Assembly: GCA_002269645.1 (NCBI GenBank)
Contig: NIVC01002505.1
Coordinates: forward strand, 44,072-108,071
Direction of reading: 5' to 3'
DNA from: Macrostomum lignano
Taxonomy: Eukaryota
DNA length: 64,000 bases
A program made the translations under genes and the position numbers. Within the stretch, counting starts at the first letter, position 1. Every line of letters starts with the position of its first letter. Positions 43,030 through 56,370 of the stretch are shown here, in pieces. The notes under the pieces were generated by a model that saw nothing but the letters and a program-made list of their open reading frames with translations, was not told where the DNA came from and did no database searches.

Positions 43030-44720
43030 CTGGAGAGTGGAGGGTGGAGAGTGGAGGGTGGAGGGTGGAGAGTGGAGGGTGGAGGGTGGAGAGTGGAGAG
43101 TGGAGGGTGGAGAGTGAAGAGTGGAGGGTGGAGAGTGGAGGGTGGAGAGTGGAGGGTGGAGGGTGGAGAGTGGAGGGTGGAGAGTGGAGGGTGGAGGGTG
43201 GAGAGTGGAGGGTGGAGGGTGGAGAGTGGAGAGTGGAGGGTGGAGAGTGAAGAGTGGAGGGTGGAGAGTGGAGGGTGGAGAGTGGAGGGTGGAGGGTGGA
43301 GAGTGGAGGGTGGAGAGTGGAGGGTGGAGAGTGGAGAGTGGAGGGTGGAGGGTGGAGAGTGGAGGGTGAAGGGTGGAGGGTGAAGGGTGGAGAGTGGAGG
43401 GTGGAGAGTGGAGAGTGGAGGGTGGAGAGTGGAGAGTGGAGGGTGGAGAGTGGAGGGTGGAGGGTGGAGAGTGGAGGGTGGAGGGTGGAGAGTGGAGAGT
43501 GGAGGGTGGAGAGTGAAGAGTGGAGGGTGGAGAGTGGAGGGTGGAGAGTGGAGGGTGGAGGGTGGAGGGTGGAGAGTGGAGGGTGGAGAGTGGAGGGTGG
43601 AGAGTGGAGGGTGGAGAGTGGAGGGTGAAGGGTGGAGGGTGAAGGGTGGAGAGTGGAGGGTGGAGAGTGGAGAGTGGAGGGTGGAGAGTGGAGGGTGGAG
43701 AGTGGAGGGTGGAGAGTGGAGAGTGGAAGGTGGAGAGTGGAGGGTGGAGAGTGGAGGGTGGAGGGTGGAGAGTGGAGGTTGGAGAGTGGAGAGTGGAGGG
43801 TGGAGAGTGGAGGTTGGAGAGTGGAGAGTGGAGGGTGGAGAGTGGAGGGTGGAGAGTGGAGGGTGGAGGGTGGAGAGTGGAGGGTGGAGGGTGGAGAGTG
43901 GAGGGTGGAGGGTGGAGAGTGGAGGGTGGAGAGTGGAGAGTGGAGGGTGGAGAGTGGAGGGTGGAGAGTGGAGGGTGGAGAGTGGAGGGTGGAGGATGGA
44001 GAGTGGAGGGTGGAGAGTGGAGGGTGGAGGGTGGAGGGTGGAGGGTGGAGAGTGGAGGGTGGAGAGTGGAGGGTGGAGAGTGGAGGGTGGAGAGTGGAGG
44101 GTGAAGGGTGGAGGGTGAAGGGTGGAGAGTGGAGGGTGGAGAGTGGAGAGTGGAGGGTGGAGAGTGGAGGGTGGAGAGTGGAGGGTGGAGAGTGGAGGGT
44201 GGAGGGTGGAGAGTGGAGGTTGGAGAGTGGAGAGTGGAGGGTGGAGAGTGGAGGTTGGAGAGTGGAGAGTGGAGGGTGGAGAGTGGAGGGTGGAGAGTGG
44301 AGGGTGGAGGGTGGAGAGTGGAGGGTGGAGGGTGGAGAGTGGAGGGTGGAGAGTGGAGAGTGGAGGGTGGAGAGTGGAGGGTGGAGAGTGGAGAGTGGAG
44401 GGTGGAGAGTGGAGGGTGGAGAGTGGAGGGTGGAGGATGGAGAGTGGAGGTTGGAGAGTGGAGAGTGGAGGGTGGAGAGTGGATGGTGGAGAGTGGAGGG
44501 TGGAAAGTGGAGGGTGGAGAGTGGATGGTGGAGAGTGGAGGGTGGAGAGAAGTGAGTTGAGGGTAGAGAGTGGAGGGTGGAGAGTGGAGAGTGGAGGGTG
44601 GAGAGTGGAGGGTGGAGAGTGGAGGGTGGAGGGTGGAGAGTGGAGGGTGGAGAGTGGAGGGTGGAGAGTGGAGGGTGGAGAGAAGTGAGCTGAGGGTAGA
44701 GAGTGGAGGGTAGAGACTGG
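43030..44720. repeat. G-rich 7-bp tandem repeat gtggaga/gtggagg
   Basis: Direct reading; about 1.7 kb. Confidence 0.97.
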
Positions 44721-45094
44721 AGAGTAGGTGCAGGAAGCTGATTGATAGAATTTCTATTTTCCACTCTCAAACTGGGCCAGATCCGCAGTGGCTGTTTAAT
44801 TAGTGACCGTGCAGCTGCCGCCTGCAACTGTACAGTAAATTCTAATTAGCAGGTGCGCTGGGGCAAGGAAATCGCGTGAGGCAGGGGCTTGAAGATTCGA
44901 GTGGACCGGGTCCCTGTCGGGGTCCCAAACATGGCCGTCGGCTTTGGACAAATATTTTTGTTTATGCGTCCAAATTTTGATTAAAGCGTAGGGTGTATTT
45001 TAGGGTTTTCAACTGCAAATGATTCGCCATGATTTGAGTGATTTGAGAATAAGCGATGCGAGTTGTTGCGGATATAAAAGAAAGACAATGATAG

Positions 45095-46545
45095 ACAAGA
45101 GAGTGACAGGGAGTGAAAGGGAGAGACGAGAGAGTGACAGGGAGTGAAAGGGAGAGACGAGAGAGTGACAGGGAGTGAAAGGGAGAGACGAGAGAGTGAC
45201 AGGGAGTGACAGGGAGAGACGAGAGAGTAACAGGGAGTGACAGGGAGAGACGAGAGAGTGACAGGGAGTGACAGGGAGAGACGAGAGAGTGACAGGGAGT
45301 GAAAGGGAGAGACGAGAGAGTGACATGGAGAGACAAGAGAGACGAGAAAGTGACAGGAAGAGACAAGAGAGTGACAGGTAGAGACAAGAGAGTGACAGGT
45401 AGAGACAAGAGAGTGACAGGTAGAGACAAGAGAGTGACAGGGAGTGACAGGGAGAGACGAGAGAGTGACAGGTAGAGACAAGAGAGTGACAGGTAGAGAC
45501 AAGAGAGTGACAGGTAGAGACAAGAGAGTGACAGGTAGAGACAAGAGAGTGACAGGGTGAGACAAGAGAGTGACAGGTAGAGACAGGAGAGTGACAGGTA
45601 GAGACAAGAGAGTGACAGGGAGAGACGAGAGAGTGACAGGGAGAGACGAGAGAGTGACAGGTAGAGACAAGAGAGTGACATGGAGAGACGAGAGAGACGA
45701 GAGAGTGACAGGAAGAGACAAGAGAGTGACAGGTAGAGACAAGAGAGTGACAGGTAGAGACAAGAGAGTGACAGGTAGAGACAAGAGAGTGACAGGTAGA
45801 GACAAAAGAGTGACAGGGAGAGACGAGAGAGTGACAGGGTGAGACAAGAGAGTGACAGGGTGAGACAAGAGAGTGACAGGTAGAGACAGGAGAGTGACAG
45901 GTAGAGACAAGAGAGTGACAGGGAGAGACGAGAGAGTGACAGGGAGAGACGAGAGAGTGACAGGTAGAGACAAGAGAGTGACATGGAGAGACGAGAGAGA
46001 CGAGAGAGTGACAGGAAGAGACAAGAGAGTGACAGGTAGAGACAAGAGAGTGACAGGTAGAGACAAGAGAGTGACAGGTAGAGACAAGAGAGTGACAGGT
46101 AGAGACAAGAGAGTGACAGGTAGAGACAAAAGAGTGACAGGGAGAGACGAGAGAGTGACAGGGTGAGACAAGAGAGTGACAGGGAGAGACGAGAGAGTGA
46201 CAGGGTGAGACAAGAGAGTGACAGGGTGAGACAAGAGAGTGACAGGGAGAGACAAGAGAGTTACAGGGTGAGACAAGAGAGTGACAGGGAGAGACGAGAG
46301 AGTGACAGGGAGAGACGAGAGAGTGACAGGGTGAGACAAGAGAGTGACAGGGTGAGACAAGAGAGTGACAGGGAGAGACGAGAAAGTGACAGGGAGAGAC
46401 GAGAGAGTGACAGGGAGAGACGAGAGAGTGACAGGGTGAGACAAGAGAGTGACAGGGAGAGACGAGAAAGTGACAGGGAGAGACGAGAGAGTGACAGGGA
46501 GAGACGAGAGAGTGACAGGTAGAGACAAGAGAGTGACAGGGAGAG
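45095..46545. repeat. Purine-rich minisatellite, about 21-bp unit gtgacagggagagacgagaga
   Basis: Direct reading; contains a 303-bp internal duplication. Confidence 0.95.
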
Positions 46546-47189
46546 ATAAGGAAAGAAATCTCAAAACGTGACTCAGATAGAACTGCAGAGAAATTCAACT
46601 GCAGTTGACCAACTCGTGAAAAAGCAGCAGTTTTATCAAAAAAATTAACTCGAATTTTTCAAATCCACTGCCTAGGCTTGAGCGAGAGTTACTCCTATGG
46701 TTGATGAAGTTCCTGTCTAGATCAAATTTTCCCTTCGAAGCCCCTCGTCCTATTTGGTTGCTAAGGCATACGCCAGTCCAAGTAAAGTCAATCTGTAATT
46801 ACAATTTTTTTCAGCTACGAAGGTATTTCCTTGGTTTTTAATTATATTTCTCAAATCGATATTCGAATACTCGGATGCTGCTGAAGGAGACACTGGATGA
46901 GAGGAAATCCTGTGACCAGAGCCTGTCTGTGTCAGTTAATTAAAGACTTTTGCTGCTTCTTAAAAGCAGGGAACTGAAAAAAGGGAGATTTTGCGTTTTA
47001 CTCAGCCGCAAGCCTCTTGAAAGTGTAATTATTATTTTTCACGAAAATTTTGCTGCTTCAGTGTTTAAAACTTGAAATGCTTGTCATTTGAATTTTTACG
47101 AGAATTGAAGACATACTTTCGAAACCTTCAACTTGTAGCGAGGAAATTCATTTGCCTAGTAGTCTTCGTCTCCTATGTTTTTACCGTCT

Positions 47190-47450
47190 CCTTCCCCTAT
47201 GCCCTACCTGTTCTTTCCACCTGTCCTACCCTCTCCTCCCCTCTGTTCTACCCTCTCCTTCCCTCTGTCCTACCCTCCCCTCCCCTCTGTCCTACCCTCT
47301 CCTCCCCCTCTGTCCTACCCTCTCCTTCCCCTCTGTCCTACCCTCTCCTTCCCCTCTGTCCTACCCTCTCCTCCCCTCTGTCCTACCCTCTGTCCCACCC
47401 TCTCTTCCAGGCCCTACCCTCTTTTTCCCCTCTGTCCCACCCTGTCTTCC
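47190..47450. repeat. Pyrimidine-rich minisatellite, about 22-bp unit ccctctgtcctaccctctcctt
   Basis: Direct reading. Confidence 0.85.
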
Positions 47451-48529
47451 CCTCTATTTCATCAATGATCCCTGCACAAGAATGTCAATAGAAAACCTTG
47501 CCATGTTCTCTCGCAAATCGCGGGTCACTGATCCAACCCCGATTGCACGCATTTCTTAGCCCTCCAATCAAATGCGATTTCGCTTCTCTGACTCGTCAAC
47601 AACACTTCAAAATAACTGACAATGCGCTTCTAATAACCTCTACTAATGTCCAGTGGAAATTTGATTAAAAGTACATCGAAGTCACGGTCCTAAAGGCGCC
47701 ATCTATATAGCTGCCATCGAAATCAATTAAAATCATTTTTTGCCTTTTCCACAGCAACTTTAACCAAGAATATAATTAAACAAAACAGTTTGTTATCAAA
47801 GAAATTCTTAGTTTTTAAACTCTATTTTAGTTGAAATTCGCAGAGTAAACTATATTAGGCACAATCTTGCAATAACTTTTTCCGGTGTTATCAGTTTATT
47901 TTTTAACCGATCTCCTAATGTCTAATTGACAACATTGATGACTCAGCAAAAAGTTTAAAACAAAATAGTGGTGCTTTTATTATAACATTAGCGGAGCTTG
48001 AGTCAAACAAAACGTTCAAACTTCTAATTTACACAAGAGAACACTTTAAACTCGTTCCAATCGTATGTTCAAGTTGCGCGCCAATTCAAATCAGAATTTA
48101 AAATTTGCGCTGCAAAATGAAACAAACAGTTTTTAAACAAGCAAACTAAAATTAACCTTCTAATAATTTTTGACTTCAGGAATTTTCCGCGAAATCATTG
48201 AAAAACACGCCCGTGTATGTGGGAAGTACAAGCCGTATTTATTGAACAGTAAATTAAGAGATTGGGCAGGGCAGGGAATTAAACAATAAAAGAAGTGCTT
48301 TAGCTACTTTAATAGCGAACAAGTCAAACTCCCATTGAAAATCTACTCAGGCACTTGAGAAAAAAGCATACAGTTAAATTGAATTTGTAGCAGTCTTAGT
48401 AGAGAAATATAGAGAGGACATTGTGTGATAAGTTTTTTTCGTTTTTTCATGTATGTTTCACGGTCAGCTCAAGAATGTTTGTTTTTTCAAATAAGGAAAA
48501 TTTTAAAATAAACAAAAAAACTTCAATCA

Positions 48530-51500
48530 TCAGCAGGCGGCACCGCCAGACAAGTCGGACAGGAAGGCGCAGCACTGTACAAACTGGACTGGCTGCCGCC
48601 CGCTGCCCGGGGCCCACGAGTCCTCGGCTTTGGCCGACTGGGCCACGGCGTCTGGCGGCGGCGGCAGCGGCCGGTCGCGCCAGTTGATCCGGTCAACGAA
48701 CTCGCAGTAGTTCACGCAGCTGTCGCCGTCGGGGCTGGTCGACTCAGCGAGACTGTGGTGATACATATTGATTAGTTGTTAGAATGCGAGCTGATTGGCT
48801 GAAAATTATCGCTCTTTTTAACTCCTAAGAAGACCAATGCACTGTACGGACTACGGTCTACTTGTGCAAGGTCTGCGCTGATTGGTTCATGAAGCTCTCT
48901 AACCCTCTCTGTAACCCTTGTCGCTTGGGACAGAACTTGACCAGTTTTATCTCTCTACCCTCGTTGCGTCGCAGGACAGAGCGAATTCATTGTTTCTCTA
49001 CCCCCATCCCCCACTGCGACGCGGGACAGAGCGAGCCTCTTAACTCTCTACCCCCACTGCGACGCAGGACAGAGCGAGCCTCTTAACTCTCTACCCCCAC
49101 TGCGACGCGGGACAGAGCGAGCCTCTTAACTCTCTACCCCCACTGCGACGCGGGACAGAGCGAGCCTCTTAACTCTCTACCCCCACTGCGACGCGGGACA
49201 GAGCGAGCCTCTTAACTCTCTACCCCCACTGCGACGCGGGACAGAGCGAGCCTCTTAACTCTCTACCCCCACTGCGACGCGGGACAGAGCGAGCCTCTTA
49301 ACTCTCTACCCCCACTGCGACGCGGGACAGAGCGGCTGTACATTCTAATAACTTTCAATCTCCTGTCTTTCTAACCCCCGAAACCTTCGATCCGGGCTCG
49401 TAGGGATGTCGATTCCCCGGGTAATTTTCTTTACGGGGACCCCTGGGAAAAGAAAAAATAAGTAAAAAACGGCGGATAACTTAGATCTTAAGTCATTAAG
49501 TGGCATTTTTAAAACTTTGATTAAAGCTTTGGACTACATGTTCAAGGCGCAAGGGTAAAAACTTAAAGCAATGTTTGTTTAAAACTGTATTTAATTTGAC
49601 AACGTGGCATCACCAAATCTTGCGCGCACCTTTGTCAGAAAGAGTCCACACTCCGGAGGCGGAAAATGCATACTCAGCAGCTGCACTCGTGGGAGGATAA
49701 TTAATGAATGAGACTGTTTTTATAATCTGAATTTTAATTTCTTACAGATAAATCACCATTTTGTCCTTGTCTAATAGGGAGTTAATTCAAACGTGTGTTG
49801 CGTTTGAAATAACACATTGAAATAAGCAGTTTTGCCGTAAAAAAGGCAGAAACAGAGTTTCAATCAGCTTTCTGTGAATGATTTTCTTATTTAAATGGCA
49901 AAAATTAAGCACTCCCCGGGGTCGACATCCCTACCGGGCTGGCTGGTTTAGGATTGATGGAATCTCTCTTAACTGCATAAACAGAGTGTTATTTGAAATC
50001 ATTGTTCTTCAAACAAAAACAGAATTTAAGTTTCTTTGATTTACATAGATATATTACTATATATAATAATAAGCCATAAGATAAACTGTTAATAGTTTTT
50101 TTGCAATACATGCACCAGGTAGACTCGCCCTCGCCCTCAACTCGCCCTATATCTTCACCCCTTACACGAGCAGCCTCCTTATCAGAATCTTTGTCAAGAT
50201 GAGGAAAAGAATGAGCAAACGTATTTACCCGAGAGAGATAAGAGTTATCAACGGACCATCACTGCAAGATGAGAGGCCTCTGTAAAATATAGCCTATATC
50301 TAAAGCCCTCATTCCATCCCATCAAATCTGCTAGGCTCATCTGAATTCCTAAAAGCTTCGCCGAGCTGTTGTCACCTCAGAGGCAGACACAGATTATGAT
50401 GGGATAGGTATAAGACAGAAATTCATTTGGGCTCATTGATGTGGGGAAATATTCATTTATTCATTCAAACACATGCAGACTTTTAGGAGAGCAGAAGAAG
50501 ATGAAATGCGAGAGATGGTGTTGGTTTATGATTTTCCATTCTAAAAATAGGATGATCAAAGATGCACTAGGATAGCGAGCTGCTGTGGATTGTGTTTGAT
50601 AAGACGCCACTGAGACAATATGAAACAAGCTGACGTCCCGATACAATCAACAGCTGACTGCATCACCAATCTGCCCTTCCTTTTCCTGTTGTCTCCACTG
50701 AGCTTGCTAAATTTAGAAACTGTATAGAAAAACAAAACGTGATTTATTAAATACAATGTATATTCATCTCAAGGCTTGGCTTATAGCCAAAAGTATCAGT
50801 GTCCTCGTAAATTTAACTTCGAAAGATGATCATGTTTGACTCTACTAATAGTAGCTTGCAAAGAGTGCTAAAAGTGGCTTAAGAATGGCCCTGGTGCTGG
50901 CGCCCCTGGTGCTAGCGCTCCTGGTGCTAAAGCCTCTGGTGCTAAAGCCCCTGGTGCTAAAGCCCCTGATGTTAAAGCTCCTGGTGCTAAAGCCCCTGAT
51001 GTTAAAGCCCCTGGTGCTAAAGCCCCTGATGTTAAAGCCCCTGGTGCTAAAGCCCCTGATGTTAAAGCCCCTGGTGCTAAAGCCCCTGATGTTAAAGCCC
51101 CTGGTGCTAAAGCCCCCTGTGCTAAAGCCCCTGGTGCTAAAGCCCCTGGTGCTAAAGCCCCTGGTGCTAAAGCCCCTGGTGCTAAAGCCCCTGGTGCTAA
51201 AGCCCCCATTGATTTCCCCATCTGATAAGAAGTCCCGGCTACACCTCTGAGGAATATAACTTGAGCTGTTTTCGAGCGAATTCAAATTTGATTCCGCTCT
51301 GTTGCTAAATTAATTCTCAGAGACCAAAAACTTACGCTCCGAGCGTCGCCCTGAGCAGGTCGGCCGGTACAGGGAGGCCGACTGTGCGGCACACGGTGAC
51401 CAGCGTGGCAGATGGCAGGCTGCCGCTAGACTCAGTGTCGTAGTGCTGGGCGGCCTCTTTAAGCCGATTGAACAACTCAAAATTGTGCTTACACAGATGG

Positions 51501-54500
51501 GCCTGCACTGAGCCAAGCAGGACGATCGCGTCCACTTCCTCTGGTGGGCTGCGGGTTTCAAATACGTTTGGTTGGTTGTAGCCTAGTGGCCAGAGCTTCG
51601 GACTCACGACTCGAAGGTCGGAGGTTCGATTCCCGACTCCACTGGAACAATTAGTGTCCTTTAGAAAGACATTTTAATCTGCATAGCAAGATCTGGTACC
51701 CAAGATGTAAAATGGGTACCAGAATTAGCTGGGGTAATTGAGGGTGTGTAGCGACCCTCCAGTCCTTGGATTGAACAGCCGTACGTACGCAGCCTTCATA
51801 TTCGCTGCGGCTGAGCTGTCGGTTGCACATCTAGCCCAATCAGGGCAGGTGTAATTAATTATTACTATTACTATTATTGCATGCATGTTGGTTAAGTTAT
51901 AATTAACTGCGTGGTCAGGTATTTAAGGGTGGTGAAATTCCATCGTGGATTGACTGATAAGACAGCAATTAAGTTACGTTTAGCGTACACAGGTCTATTT
52001 TATTTAAGTGTAGGTGCAGTCTAATTAACGAGCGGTGTACAGTCTTAATGAGCCCGTTCCATAAAGAAAGCCATCGTAAGATAAGATCGTTCCTATCTCC
52101 TATCTCTGCAGTGTAAAAAATCCGACGTACGTTCGAACATTGTACAGTGCCAGTTAAATTAATCAATTAGTCAATCCATCACTGGAATACGATAAGATAA
52201 AGATGATCAACTTACTGGTAGCCATAGAATCGAGCCACAGTGATGAGCTCGTGCTCAACAAAATTTCCACACTTGGCCAGTTTATCAAGCACGCAGCGGA
52301 AGTCCTGGTAAGACACCCGCTTCGAATCGTTGGGATCTTTGGCGGCGAAGGCCGACTGCAGCTCCTGGCAGTGGCCCTGTGCGGCGCGGCGCAGCTTCTC
52401 CATGACCCGGTTGACGTTCGCTACGAGGAACTGGAGGAGAGGGTTGAGCAAGCTTGAGAAAGTGCGTACGTATCTTGAGCACGTACATACGCAAGCACGC
52501 AGGGTGTACAGCACCCTGACTGTCTCAAGTCATCGCGTTAACATCTTATTGTTAAGTCAGCACCCATCGATTCCTTATTAGTTAAAACGTTTTGAGAACT
52601 TAAAAGTACAGTTCAGCTCAGGAATTTATACGACGAATTCAAATATTCAATCTCCGGATATATTTACAGACAAATTTCCATTTCAAATTGTTCTCATTTG
52701 AATTCGCGCCAAAAATCCGGAAATTCACTGTAGCGATAAAGTAAGTAAAAAAGAGGCAAACAGAGTGACACTGGTTTGCTATTTAAAAAAAAACAGCAAG
52801 AACTCACATAGTCAGGGTTGGACTCCATGTACTTGTAGGCGTACTCGTCGGCGTCGAGAATCTCCATCTTGAACTTGTTGATCTCCAGCACGGCGCCAAC
52901 GTAGAAGTCGTAGGCCTGGTAATACTCGGGCGCCTTCGTGCTGAAGCGCTCGTGGCCCGGCTTGGGCAATTTGATTCGTTCCAGAAATTTGCCACCCTGA
53001 AAGCCGGAGTTCCGCTGCGGCGGTTCAAACACCAGAATGCTGTCGTCGCTCAGAAAGAAGTTCACAATGAACCGACGATCCTTGTCGATGGCTTTGTCAG
53101 TTACTAGGCGGGCTAGGAAACGGAGAACATTCGACTCGAGGCCCTTCTTGTCCTTGTCGATGAGCTGGACAATGTTCTTGCGCGGCGGCGCAGGGATCAG
53201 GCCCTTGGTGTTGGCCATGGAGTCCTCCTCGGAGCCGAAACCGTTGTAGGGAGCTCCGCTGTCTGCAAGGGGACAAATTAGAATTTTCTGAATTCAAGCT
53301 GTTTATCAGTGGAACAAAATAGCTGCGCAATAAAAACGGCATATTTAGTAACTACTTACCACCAGAGGCGCAAGCGCCGCCAGTGGGCTTCTTGCAGGTC
53401 ACCGGGTGGAACTCGGCTGCAGGAAAAGTTGCGATGTTAAATTAAATAAGCTCTGATTGGTTGGCGCCCCTGTCCTCGACTGACGAATGTACATTCATTC
53501 TAGGCTTTAGCAAAGTCTACCCCGATCATCCTGCCTCTGATTGGTTGGAGCCTCTCTCCTGACTGGCGAATGTACATTCATTCTAGGCTTTAGCAAAGTC
53601 TACCCCGATCATCCTGCCTCTGATTGGTTGGAGCCTCTCTCCTGACTGGCGAATGTACATTCATTCTAGGCTTTAGCAAACTCTACCCCGATCATCCTGC
53701 CTCTGATTGGTTGGAGCCTCTCCTGACTGGCGAATGTACATTCATTCTAGGCTTTAGCAAAGTCTACCCCGATCATCCTGCCTCTGATTGGTTGGAGCCT
53801 CTCTCCTGACTGGCGAATGTACATTCATTCTAGGCTTTAGCAAACTCTACCCCGATCATCCTGCCTCTGATTGGTTGGAGCCTCTCTCCTGACTGGCGAA
53901 TGTAAATTCATTCTAGGCTTTAGCAAACTCTACCCCCGATGGTCAATAGTAGCACTCACTGATTCCGTATTTAGTCGAGTAATATTCCCGGGTGAATTCG
54001 TCGCAGTCGCACAGAAGGAATTTGCGACCGAAAACGTTGATGCAGCTGCCGACGGTCAGGTCTTTGTCGGTGTAGAATTCCACCTTAACTGTGCCAGTCT
54101 GTGTGCGGTGGAGTGAAATGTGGGACCACGAGGTTGTGAATTGTAAGGTTGAACATCGCAAACAAGATGAAACTTATTGAGTCGTAAGTACATGTATCGT
54201 ACTGATAAGATCAGAGTCGTACTGAAAATCAAACTTAAAAAAATTCTTTACTATTGAGAATCAAGCTGTTAAGAATCTCATACTTGAGAATCAAGCTTCT
54301 AAGAATCTCATACTTGAGAACAAAGCTTCTAAGAGTCTTATACTGCAAACCAGCAGACCTTGAGGTTGTCCAGGATGTACCGCCCACCCTGGATCTCGCC
54401 GAACACATTCAGCACAGTGCGATCGCAGAGCTCTCCTGGCTGACGTAGATCCTCCACATTCTTCGGCAACGGCTGACGACGCAGGAAGCAGGGCGCCGCG

Positions 54501-56370
54501 TCCCGGCCGCTGTTGGCCTTGACAACCTCGCGAATTTCGACCGTGTCGTCGGACAGGAAGTAGTGCAGCACCATCTCGCGATTTTCGCCGTAGAGCGAGT
54601 CGGTGTCGTCCCAGCAACAGAAGAAACGAAGCACGTGACGATCGTGATCCAGGAATTGGCGCAACGTGTCGTGGCGCTCGTAGGGGCGCAGCGGCTGCAT
54701 AGACTCATCGAGCTGACAAGGGAAGTTGAAGTGAAATGCTAAATACGGTTGTTTTACTTAGCGAAGTCTGCAGTGACTAACTAATTAACTAACTAACTAA
54801 CTAACTAACTAACAAACAACTAACTAACAAACTAACTGACAAACAACTAACTAACAAACTAACTGACAACTAACTAGGGGAAAACTCTATATAATAAGAA
54901 TTACAGCTTTGCGATGATCGGCATAAGGATCGCCTGGCTGAGTCTCCGGTAGGCCAATACGAACGCCAAGTTTTCGCAAGAAGTTCTCCGTAAACTGGTC
55001 GCAGCCGGTAATGCGGAAGGTCTTGCCGTAGAAAGTGATGTTCTGCCCGACGTTGAAGTCTTCCACGGTGAAGAAGCGATTGTCGTTGGGCGCCGGCTTC
55101 GGGATCCGATGGCGACGGACCAGCGTGCCCTGCGGCAGGCCGCTGTTCTTCAGGCGGGCCTCGATCACCTGAAGAAGGCGGAGGTGAAGATCTACTGAAG
55201 AAGGCTTTAAAATAAGAAATATGTCATTATAATGTTGTTAGCAGTGATCTACTGATTAGTTAGGGAGGGAGTTATCAATGACCTAATGAATGCATTCATA
55301 CCTGAATGGAGTCGTCCTCCAGGTAGAAGTAGATCTTGCAGTGGCGCACCCTGTACTGCTCTTCACGCCGCTCCTGCACGCTCTCCTGGAAATAGGCATC
55401 GAAGGACAGCACCTGCTTGTCGAAGGCCACCCAAGCGGGTGAGCGGCTGCCTTCTCCTGGTGGAATTTTGCTGTTCGGCGGATCGACGCGCTGCCCCGGG
55501 AGGGGGTCGCCGCCGATGCCCGGCTTGTTGTCGCCAAACAAGAACGGAGTCTCATTCTTGTGGTCGAAGTAGTGGCTCTTGTGGTATTTGTCCTTACCCA
55601 ACTGTGGGATGGAATGGCAATTGTTTGTTATTATATTAAAAGATAAAAAATAGAAAACATGCATTGTTCTACAATCCGATTTCATAGATTATACGAGATC
55701 TGCTAGAAAGAAATTTCATGATATTCAAACACTATAACAATTCATTTTATTCTGAAACTACTCATGATAATTAAAGGTAAAGTAAACTTTTGAATAGAGA
55801 AGTTTTTTCATAAGTTTTAAAAAAATTATTTTAAAATGTTCTCTGTTCAGTCTATATTTGTATCTTAGATTTTTTCATTTTAAAAATTTAAAATTAATAA
55901 ACAAAAACATAAACACTAAATGAATGCAGCACATGTAGCTAAAGTAACACTAGATAGCTTCTTATAACATTGCAAAGTAAAAATATGCAGGTTTGGTCTG
56001 CGTTTTGTTTTGTTGTTAAACGAGTTGGGTTGAAATGCACTGTGTTTTAAGGCATATTTTTAATTTTTTAATATAAAGTTGCCAAATTTTTTTCAGAGTT
56101 GAAATTTTTTAAGTCATTTAAAAAATTGATGGAATAATTTTTAGCTAGTGATTTTCACTGTCTCGTTCAATTTGAACTATTTCCTGAATCGTATGCCAAA
56201 GGTTTTCTTCTAATTTCGTTAATAAGCAAAGTTGATACAGCTGTGCATGTAAAATGTAAACGAAAAGTTTGTTCCATCGAGGCATAGATATAAAATTATG
56301 AAAATTAGCTATGAAAATTCGTACTTACATTCTTGTTGAAGGAGTTTCCTGGCAGAAATGGGAGTGCCAT
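48530..56370 (-). CDS. EFHC2: EF-hand domain-containing family member C2 (three DM10 domains plus C-terminal EF-hand region); exons 56370-56329, 55601-55302, 55168-54905, 54712-54359, 54098-53960, 53416-53360, 53262-52808, 52430-52216, 51548-51336, 48752-48530; 753 aa
   Basis: MALPFLPGNSFNKN start; DM10 motifs WVAFDKQVLSFDAYFQE...IYFYLEDDSIQV, FLDHDRHVLRFFCCW...LHYFLSDDTVEI, VLRFLARL...RRFIVNFFLSDDSILVFEPPQRNSGFQGGKFLER; all ten exons are in phase. A 5'UTR intron lies at 56429-56496. Confidence 0.93.
48995..49335. repeat. Homogeneous minisatellite, 43-bp unit ctctctacccccactgcgacgcgggacagagcgagcctcttaa, last EFHC2 intron
   Basis: About 8 near-identical copies at 43-bp spacing. Confidence 0.95.
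49401..49933. mobile_element. Non-autonomous hAT-like element
   Basis: TIR tagggatgtcga / tcgacatcccta; flanks ccgggctcg and ccgggctgg (near-identical TSD with one mismatch). Confidence 0.75.
50888..51205. repeat. Minisatellite, 15-bp unit gcccctggtgctaaa, last EFHC2 intron
   Basis: Direct reading. Confidence 0.95.
51574..51878 (+). mobile_element. tRNA-derived SINE, antisense in EFHC2 intron 8
   Basis: A box TAGCCTAGTGG and B box GGTTCGATTCC, a body with gtgtcct...agacat...cccaagatgtaaaatgggtacc typical of metazoan SINE cores, and an (att/act)n tail. The cloverleaf anticodon stem is broken. Confidence 0.75.
53450..53935. repeat. Minisatellite, 81-83-bp unit containing ctctgattgg, EFHC2 intron 5
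   Basis: Copies start at about 53558, 53641, 53722, 53805 and 53888. Confidence 0.95.
54260..54345. repeat. 30-bp tandem repeat x3, EFHC2 intron 4
   Basis: tacttgagaatcaagcttctaagaatctca repeated. Confidence 0.8.
54775..54875. repeat. (ACTA)n-derived microsatellite, EFHC2 intron 3
   Basis: Direct reading. Confidence 0.9.

Noticed and set aside
40008-46598. Long Ser/Pro/Leu, WRVE and VTL repeat ORFs
   Set aside because: Products of the 13, 12, 7 and 21-bp arrays in multiple frames; no coding signal.
46815-46822. 8-nt plus-strand micro-exon (ttttcag CTACGAAG gtattt)
   Set aside because: No plus-strand host gene identified; can arise by chance.
50845-51285. Elastin-like (GALAP)n / (FSTRG)n ORFs
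   Set aside because: A 15-bp repeat open in several frames on both strands, inside the last EFHC2 intron, whose flanking exons join in phase without it.
51574-51645. tRNA gene
   Set aside because: A and B boxes are present but the acceptor and anticodon stems do not pair, and a SINE body and tail follow.
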